From assembly GCF_000012545.1 (NCBI RefSeq), contig NC_007681.1, forward strand, positions 1,350,001 through 1,382,000: 32,000 nt of DNA, in the 5' to 3' direction. Below the pieces are notes generated by a model. The model was not told where the DNA came from. It worked only from the letters and a program-made list of their open reading frames with translations, and searched no databases. Positions 26,783 to 32,000 of the stretch are shown here, in pieces. Position 1 is the first letter of the stretch. Each line of letters begins with the position of its first letter. Origin of the DNA: Methanosphaera stadtmanae DSM 3091. GTDB lineage: Archaea > Methanobacteriota > Methanobacteria > Methanobacteriales > Methanobacteriaceae. Both the position numbers and the translations under genes were made by a program.

Positions 26783-28003
26783 TTATACAAACATCACTGA
26801 TTCTTTAGAAGATTTATCTTTATTTTTATGCATTACTTTTTCTAAAGCATCTTCAAAGTTTTTAGCTGAGACACTGTGATGTTCTTCTCTTATTGCAAAC
26901 ATACCTGCCTCAGTACATATTGATTTAAGATCTGCACCAGATGCTGATTTTGCATTTTGGGCTATGTATTTTAAATCCACATCTACATCTAATGACATGT
27001 TTTTAGTGTGTATCTTAAGAATTTCTAATTTTCCATCTTCATCTGGAACTGGAACTTCTATGATACGATCAAATCTACCTGGTCTTACAAGTGCTGGATC
27101 TAGAATATCTGGCCTATTAGTTGCTGCTATAATACCAACATTTCCTCTTGATTCAAATCCATCCATTTCTGCTAGAAGTTGCATGAGTGTTCTTTGAACT
27201 TCACGATCTCCACTTGTTGAACCTTGTAATCTTTTTGCTGCTATTGCATCAATTTCATCAATAAATATGATTGCTGGTGCTTTTTCTTTTGCTAATTCAA
27301 ATACTCCACGTACTAAACGTGAACCTTCACCTATATATTTTTTAACAAATTCTGATGCTACTATTTTTATAAAAGTTGCATTTGTTTCATGTGCTACTGC
27401 TTTTGCTAGTAAAGTCTTACCAGTTCCTGGTGGTCCATAGAAGAGAACTCCTTTTGGTGGAGTTATACCTACTTCTTCAAAGATTTTAGGATTTTTAAGA
27501 GGAAGTTCTACTGTTTCTACTGTTTCTAATACTTGATCTTTTAGTCCACCAATTTCATCATAGGTTATGGATGGTTTTTCATCTATTTCCATACCTGATA
27601 CTAATGGATCTTTTTCTGATGTTATAATATCCACAATACTAAATGTTTGTTGATTTAGAGCTACTCTTGCCCCAATTTCTATCCTATCAGAATCTTTTTC
27701 TGGATATTTTAATAGAAATGATGGTCCAGTACTACTTTTTACAACAACTTGATTATCATCCAATATTTCAGATACTGTTGCTAATACAAGTGGTGGTATT
27801 CTAAATCTGTTAATTTCACTTTTCAATGATTTAACTTCACGATCTAACCTTAAGTTTTCATTTTCAAGTAATACTTTATCTTTTTCTAGTTTTCTTACTT
27901 CCCAAGTTAGATTTCGTTCAATTGCTTCATGCTTATCAATTAAATTTGTTATTTCAGTGTTTTCTTTATTTTCAATTGTATTAAATGGTTCTGAATCTTC
28001 CAT
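26783..28003 (-). CDS. pan: Proteasome-activating nucleotidase (AAA+ ATPase)
   Basis: 406 aa. It has an N-terminal coiled coil ([26 protein letters not shown]), an OB region, Walker A GPPGTGKT, Walker B IIFIDEID, and the second region of homology [29 protein letters not shown] is present. Confidence 0.93.
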   Translation of the reverse strand: MEDSEPFNTIENKENTEITNLIDKHEAIERNLTWEVRKLEKDKVLLENENLRLDREVKSLKSEINRFRIPPLVLATVSEILDDNQVVVKSSTGPSFLLKYPEKDSDRIEIGARVALNQQTFSIVDIITSEKDPLVSGMEIDEKPSITYDEIGGLKDQVLETVETVELPLKNPKIFEEVGITPPKGVLFYGPPGTGKTLLAKAVAHETNATFIKIVASEFVKKYIGEGSRLVRGVFELAKEKAPAIIFIDEIDAIAAKRLQGSTSGDREVQRTLMQLLAEMDGFESRGNVGIIAATNRPDILDPALVRPGRFDRIIEVPVPDEDGKLEILKIHTKNMSLDVDVDLKYIAQNAKSASGADLKSICTEAGMFAIREEHHSVSAKNFEDALEKVMHKNKDKSSKESVMFV

Positions 28004-28264
28004 AGTAAACCTCCTTTTTTTTAAATAAATTAATATAATAATATTTTTCTTTATTATATTTTATAAACAGTTATTTTATTTTTTTACTTTTAAATTTAAA
28101 TTATTAATTACTACATTTTATTTCTTTAAAGTTTATTATTATTATATTATTTGATTTATTTTTTAATTACTTCGTTATACAATAGATAATAATTAAAAAA
28201 AGTAAGAAAAAGAAATGTGAAAAAATACAAAAAGAATATTTAAGTAAATAAAAATAGATATGTG

Positions 28265-28272
28265 TATATAAA
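28265..28272 (+). promoter_or_regulatory. Candidate TATA box (TATATAAA) for the MBF1 gene
   Basis: The element ends 22 nt before the ATG at 28295 and no SD lies in between. This geometry would place the transcription start at or next to the start codon. Confidence 0.35.
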
Positions 28273-28294
28273 AATAATATTTAAGTGAATAACA

Positions 28295-28789
28295 ATGAAT
28301 TGTGAAATATGTGGAACAGAAATAAAAGGTCAACCTTATAAAACTAAAATAGATAATTCTCTTATGGTTACATGTAAAGAATGCTCTAGATATGGAAAAG
28401 TTCAACAAAAACCACAACGCCAAGGAAATAATAAAAGAAATAAAAATAATCAGAACAGAAGAACAAATTCAAACAGACCATACACCCGAAAATCTAAAGA
28501 AGAAGAGTATGAACTAGTCGATGATTATGAAAAAACTATTAAACAAGCAAGAGAAAAGAAAAATCTCACACATAAACAACTTGGAGAAAAAATCTATGAA
28601 AGAGAATCTGTTATAGCTAACATTGAAACTGGAAAAATGGTTCCTGATAATAAGATTGCTCATAAATTAGAAAAAGCATTACATATAAAAATTATTGAAA
28701 AAATAGAAAGTAATGAAAGGGAATTCCAAGAGTCTAGACGTTTTAAAGAAGCTACCCTTGGAGATATAGCTCGTATAAAAAGGAAGTAA
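28295..28789 (+). CDS. Archaeal multiprotein-bridging factor 1 (zinc ribbon + Cro/C1-type HTH)
   Basis: 164 aa. It has an N-terminal CxxC...CxxC ribbon (CEICG...CKEC), a basic Asn/Arg-rich linker, then an HTH_3 domain (IKQAREKKNLTHKQLGEKIYERESVIANIETGK) and a conserved C-terminal tail. This is the aMBF1 architecture. Confidence 0.85.
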   Translation: MNCEICGTEIKGQPYKTKIDNSLMVTCKECSRYGKVQQKPQRQGNNKRNKNNQNRRTNSNRPYTRKSKEEEYELVDDYEKTIKQAREKKNLTHKQLGEKIYERESVIANIETGKMVPDNKIAHKLEKALHIKIIEKIESNEREFQESRRFKEATLGDIARIKRK

Positions 28790-28807
28790 ATAATTAATTA
28801 CATTCCT

Positions 28808-29185
28808 TCAATTACTTTTTTTTGAATTTGAAGATTTATTTTTAGAAGAATAATAACCATCAAATATTTTAGATTTACTAAATTCCTTATTTAAATCTTC
28901 ATATTCTGGATATTCTTCACTAATAACAATAACATGAACTGGAGGATGGATTTTTCTTAAATTCATAATACTTGTTGTTGTACTTTCTTGAACTTTAACT
29001 AGAACTGCTATTTTAATATCATCTCTAGGTTCTTGTTTTAAAACTCTTTTTGTTACATCATGCACACTTTTTAAAGAAACCTTCCTAGGTTTTCCTATTA
29101 TTGATAATTTAGCATGCCTTTCTATATCTGCCAAGCCATTTAATGCTTTTTTCTTATTCATAGCCCTAACTAGTATCAATGCCAT
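28808..29185 (-). CDS. Hypothetical cytoplasmic protein, 125 aa, with Lys/Ser-rich tail; no family recognised
   Basis: A GGAG SD lies 8 nt upstream of the ATG. An AT-rich promoter-like spacer separates it from the upstream gene's terminator. The protein has no signal peptide or TM segment. Confidence 0.55.
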   Translation of the reverse strand: MALILVRAMNKKKALNGLADIERHAKLSIIGKPRKVSLKSVHDVTKRVLKQEPRDDIKIAVLVKVQESTTTSIMNLRKIHPPVHVIVISEEYPEYEDLNKEFSKSKIFDGYYSSKNKSSNSKKSN

Positions 29186-29240
29186 AATTTAACTCCTATT
29201 AATTAATATGAAAAAATTGAATATTTATTTAAAATTTAAA

Positions 29241-29281
29241 ATTAAAAAAGAAAATAAAAATAGAAGACTTAACGTCTTCTA
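29241..29281 (-). terminator. Hairpin plus U-tract terminator overlapping the stop codon of the 421-aa gene
   Basis: A perfect 8-bp inverted repeat, TAGAAGAC (29261-29268) / GTCTTCTA (29274-29281), has a 5-nt loop that contains the TAA stop. On the minus strand it is followed by TTTTTATTTTCTTTTTT (29260..29244). Confidence 0.6.
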
Positions 29282-30534
29282 AAGAATGATTTTATTAATG
29301 TACTTCTAAATATAGCTAGTAATATTAATAAAATCCCAATTACACTTTGAATATTTCCAAGTACATCAAATACTTGAGAATCTATTGGTAAATTCCATGT
29401 TGGTGCAGATCTTCCATTTGTTGCAGGAGTATAATATACACCTACTGCTTTAATATTTTCTTTAACATTAATATCTGATGCATCAACATATTCCACACCA
29501 ATTAATGTTCCACTATCTATAGCTTTATTAATTGATTGTGCAATTTTAACTGGATCATAACCATTTTTAGTTACTGATGCTATTACAACACTACTTGTAG
29601 CTTCAGATATTCCTTTTTCATCAGAACCATATGTCGATACTGATGGATTATCATCAGATACTGTTATAGCATTACCTAATGCTTGATAAGCATAAATAAC
29701 TGTAAGTGGACTTCCATCAACAGGAGACACTTGATAATTTTCTGCTTCAGGATAACCTACTGCCCATCCACTAGAACTTACCTTAGAATATGGTTTTTCC
29801 ATTTCATAACCTGTTTGATTTAATTGTTCTGGAGTAAACATATCTCCTGTAGTTACACCAGATACTAGATTTATTGCACCACCACCATGATCTTCTCCAG
29901 AATCTGCAGCTACTTCACCAATTGCTTCTGAAACTATTTTTGTAGCTGGATATCCATCCCTTATCATTTTACCCATGTTTATTGCAGTTTGTAATCTTAC
30001 TGTTTCTGCAGTACCTGATTTTGGGTTTCCATGAGAATTACGAAGATGTATCATAGCCCCTTTAGTTCCTGGAGGTACTGTTGCTAATCCACCACTTGCT
30101 GCTTGAACATTAATTGTACTGTTGTTATCTACTGTAACAACATAAACATCAAAACTTCCCCCTACAGCAATACCTTGTGTTGGGTTAACAGCCATTAGAC
30201 GAATTCCATCAAATCCATTTGCCACATTAACTACCTGTTCAGGAGTTCCATTATTTTGAAGTTGTGTAAGTGCTGATATAATAGCAGCTACACGAACATT
30301 TGAAGAACCTTCCCCCCCTGATAGTAATGCCATTTTATGTTCTTGTGAGAATATAAATGTTGACTGGAACATATTAGCTGCAAATGATTGACTTCCAGCA
30401 GCACACCCATTAGGATCCTTTCCTGTAGGATCTGTAATAACTGCCACATTCATTGTTGCTGATGCAGTAGTTGAAAATAACATGACAATAATTAGAAATA
30501 AAGCTATTTTTGCTAATTTTGATTGTTTAACCAT
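29269..30534 (-). CDS. Exported, C-terminally membrane-anchored protein of unknown family (421 aa)
   Basis: The signal peptide is MVKQSKLAKIALFLIIVMLFSTTASA|T, with an A-S-A cleavage motif. The Gly/Ala/Val/Thr/Ser-rich ectodomain is poor in Lys and Glu. The C-terminal TM segment VIGILLILLAIF is followed by ...SFFRRR. An AAGGTGAT SD lies inside the upstream gene, and the start overlaps the upstream stop (TAATG). Confidence 0.7.
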   Translation of the reverse strand: MVKQSKLAKIALFLIIVMLFSTTASATMNVAVITDPTGKDPNGCAAGSQSFAANMFQSTFIFSQEHKMALLSGGEGSSNVRVAAIISALTQLQNNGTPEQVVNVANGFDGIRLMAVNPTQGIAVGGSFDVYVVTVDNNSTINVQAASGGLATVPPGTKGAMIHLRNSHGNPKSGTAETVRLQTAINMGKMIRDGYPATKIVSEAIGEVAADSGEDHGGGAINLVSGVTTGDMFTPEQLNQTGYEMEKPYSKVSSSGWAVGYPEAENYQVSPVDGSPLTVIYAYQALGNAITVSDDNPSVSTYGSDEKGISEATSSVVIASVTKNGYDPVKIAQSINKAIDSGTLIGVEYVDASDINVKENIKAVGVYYTPATNGRSAPTWNLPIDSQVFDVLGNIQSVIGILLILLAIFRSTLIKSFFRRR

Positions 30535-31082
30535 TATATCACCTTACTTTTTAACTCCTGCAACATTAATAAACCAGTTATTTGGCTAACTCCACCAACT
30601 TCAGCATTTCCTTCAAAGTCAAGATTACTTTGTGAACTTCCATTGGTTGTATTGTTAGTTACATTAACTTGTAATAATGAGAAATCTTCAATAACTGTAA
30701 CAACCACATTCCCAGTTGTTGTATCTACTTGAACACTTGCCGCATTTATAGGAGCTACTGAAGTACCAGGTATTGTTGACTTTTTAACCAATTCTACAGC
30801 ATTCGTTTTAGCATCACTTAATAGAAGTTGTCTTTGTGACGTGACTAGAGTATTTCCATTAATATAACTTCCATCCCTAAAACCAGCAGCCTCTACATTG
30901 GCTTTAATTACACTTGTAGGTATTATATCATTACCTTTAACCATTATTCCAGCAATAGGAACACCATCATCAGTAGTATTTGATGAAGCAAATGCAACAT
31001 AACTCATTGCACGTCCAGACAAAATCAAAATAAATGCTAAAATTAAAATGATTAAAGTATCTCTTCTAACTCGTATAAACAA
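30534..31082 (-). CDS. Exported protein of unknown family (182 aa), first gene of a two-gene cassette
   Basis: The TTG start at 31082 is preceded by a strong GAGGTGA SD (31093..31087) with a 4-nt spacer. The N-terminal sequence has a basic region (RVRRD), a 15-residue hydrophobic core and AFA. It carries several N-x-T sequons (SNTTD, NVTNNTTNGS). Confidence 0.65.
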   Translation of the reverse strand: MFIRVRRDTLIILILAFILILSGRAMSYVAFASSNTTDDGVPIAGIMVKGNDIIPTSVIKANVEAAGFRDGSYINGNTLVTSQRQLLLSDAKTNAVELVKKSTIPGTSVAPINAASVQVDTTTGNVVVTVIEDFSLLQVNVTNNTTNGSSQSNLDFEGNAEVGGVSQITGLLMLQELKSKVI

Positions 31083-31107
31083 AATTTCACCTCTAATCTT
31101 ATATAAA

Positions 31108-31138
31108 TTCTAGTATTATTCTATATTTTGAACTAGAA
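31108..31138. promoter_or_regulatory. 7-bp inverted repeat TTCTAGT-N17-ACTAGAA in the promoter region of the exported-protein cassette
   Basis: TTCTAGT (31108-31114) and ACTAGAA (31132-31138) are exact reverse complements. They lie 26-56 nt upstream of the TTG start and flank or overlap TATA-like elements. Confidence 0.3.
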
Positions 31139-31323
31139 CTACTTTAGAGTATAATTATAAAATAAATAAGTACCATTTATTATAATTAATATACAATTCA
31201 TAAAGTATAAATCTATTATATATTTCTTGATGTTATACTATTTAATTATAACAATATTTTAAAAATTAGTTTTCTTTAATAAAAAATATAAAGGAAGATA
31301 TTAGAATAATTTCTAAAATATAA

Positions 31324-32000
31324 TTATTCATTATCTTTAATAATATCTTTATATTTGAATGCAGCTTCTCCAGTACATACTACTAAGTTAGCATCTAATT
31401 CTAATGCTTTATTAAAACCTACAAGTACCTGTTCAACTGTAGCTCCAAGTGTTCCTTTTTTATCACCTTCAGGCATAGAATCAGGCAACACTATTTTATC
31501 AGTATATTTTCCATTATCCAAAGCATGTTTTGCACATAAATATGCATTGTGTGATGCTGGAACTATGTAATTAGCATGTTCTGCTGCACAATCCAAGATT
31601 TCTTTATCACCATCAATTCCAGATTCTGATGAAGTAGTAATAACATCTACTATAGTACCATATGCATTTTTTAATTCCTTAAGTACTGATGTTATTCCTG
31701 CAGGATTATGGGCATAATCTACCATGATTTGTTTATTATGACTAATTCCTATTTTTTCCATACGCCCTCCAACACCTTTAAATGATTTAACTGCTTCTTT
31801 TATTGTTTCATAAGATATATTTAATGTTTCATGTGCAATTATTATTGCTCCAACTGCATTATATATATTATGTATACCATATATTCCTAATTTAAATTCA
31901 TATTCTTCATTATATGGTGTTTTAAGAATGAATTGATTGTGTTTATCATTTATATTACATGCTAGATAGTCTGGTTTTGTATATTTTAATCCACAATTAC
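31324..32000 (-). CDS. Mur-ligase-family peptide ligase (pseudomurein peptide ligase type), C-terminal ~225 aa; 5' end outside the window
   Basis: The ORF track starts at Met 31761, but the frame stays open to the right window edge. My translation of the upstream part gives ...LGIYGIHNIYNAVGAIIIAHETLNISYETIKEAVKSFKGVGGRMEKIG...VDYAHNPAG. These are the central and C-terminal Mur ligase motifs (GxHNxxNA, GVxGRxE, DYAHxP). In a methanogen this implies pseudomurein synthesis. Confidence 0.85.
   Translation of the reverse strand, partial: NCGLKYTKPDYLACNINDKHNQFILKTPYNEEYEFKLGIYGIHNIYNAVGAIIIAHETLNISYETIKEAVKSFKGVGGRMEKIGISHNKQIMVDYAHNPAGITSVLKELKNAYGTIVDVITTSSESGIDGDKEILDCAAEHANYIVPASHNAYLCAKHALDNGKYTDKIVLPDSMPEGDKKGTLGATVEQVLVGFNKALELDANLVVCTGEAAFKYKDIIKDNE

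Noticed and set aside
28193-28423. A 76-aa minus-strand ORF spans the MBF1 promoter and start.
   Set aside because: It is an extremely Phe/Ile/Tyr-rich translation of A/T-only promoter DNA, and it overlaps the well-supported MBF1 zinc-ribbon codons.
1-32000. I looked across the whole window for CRISPR arrays, transposases or integrases, direct-repeat-flanked islands, toxin-antitoxin pairs and defence-system genes (nucleases/helicases/ATPases in unknown operons).
   Set aside because: I found none. There are no regularly spaced repeats and no recombinase-like ORFs. The composition is uniformly AT-rich without a foreign-looking block. The only AAA+ and nuclease-like genes are PAN and a housekeeping RecJ-like DHH protein.

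Overview
This 32-kb window is a densely packed, very AT-rich (about 27-30% G+C by eye) stretch of archaeal chromosome. The gene content includes a pseudomurein-type Mur ligase, proteasome-activating nucleotidase PAN, archaeal MBF1, SRP19, archaeal pantoate kinase, an MtxX-like methanogen marker protein and the archaeal riboflavin-pathway reductase. This points to a Methanobacteriales methanogen (Methanosphaera/Methanobrevibacter-like); the species cannot be named without a database search. I support 33 protein genes, nearly all housekeeping. They cover tetrapyrrole/cobamide synthesis (cbiC, hemL, hemD, cobA, cbiJ in three separate units), purine (purC-purS-purQ), carbamoyl phosphate (carA-carB), glmS, uppS, a TatD hydrolase, a RecJ-like DHH protein, a GNAT acetyltransferase and a P-type cation ATPase. 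I see no rRNA or tRNA genes, CRISPR arrays, transposases, integrases, or recognisable defence or toxin-antitoxin genes, so this is not a mobile or accessory island. Two things are not explained by the ORF track. (1) A complete dual-guide box C/D sRNA lies on the minus strand at 26686-26749, 33 nt behind the pan stop codon. Its D' guide would place a 2'-O-methyl on the C of a CUCAUA motif, which could be tRNA-Met C34. (2) A translationally coupled pair of exported proteins of unknown family (30534-31082 and 29269-30534, minus strand) has its own TTG start, promoter-region inverted repeat and hairpin terminator. It sits directly downstream of the pseudomurein Mur ligase, which makes it a candidate for the unassigned extracellular steps of pseudomurein assembly. 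Smaller observations include a PAN C-terminus reading Met-Phe-Val instead of the HbYX motif, an Asn-rich lipobox protein, several conserved unknowns, and candidate leaderless promoters. All functional calls rest on my reading of the translated ORFs and recalled family motifs; no searches were run.
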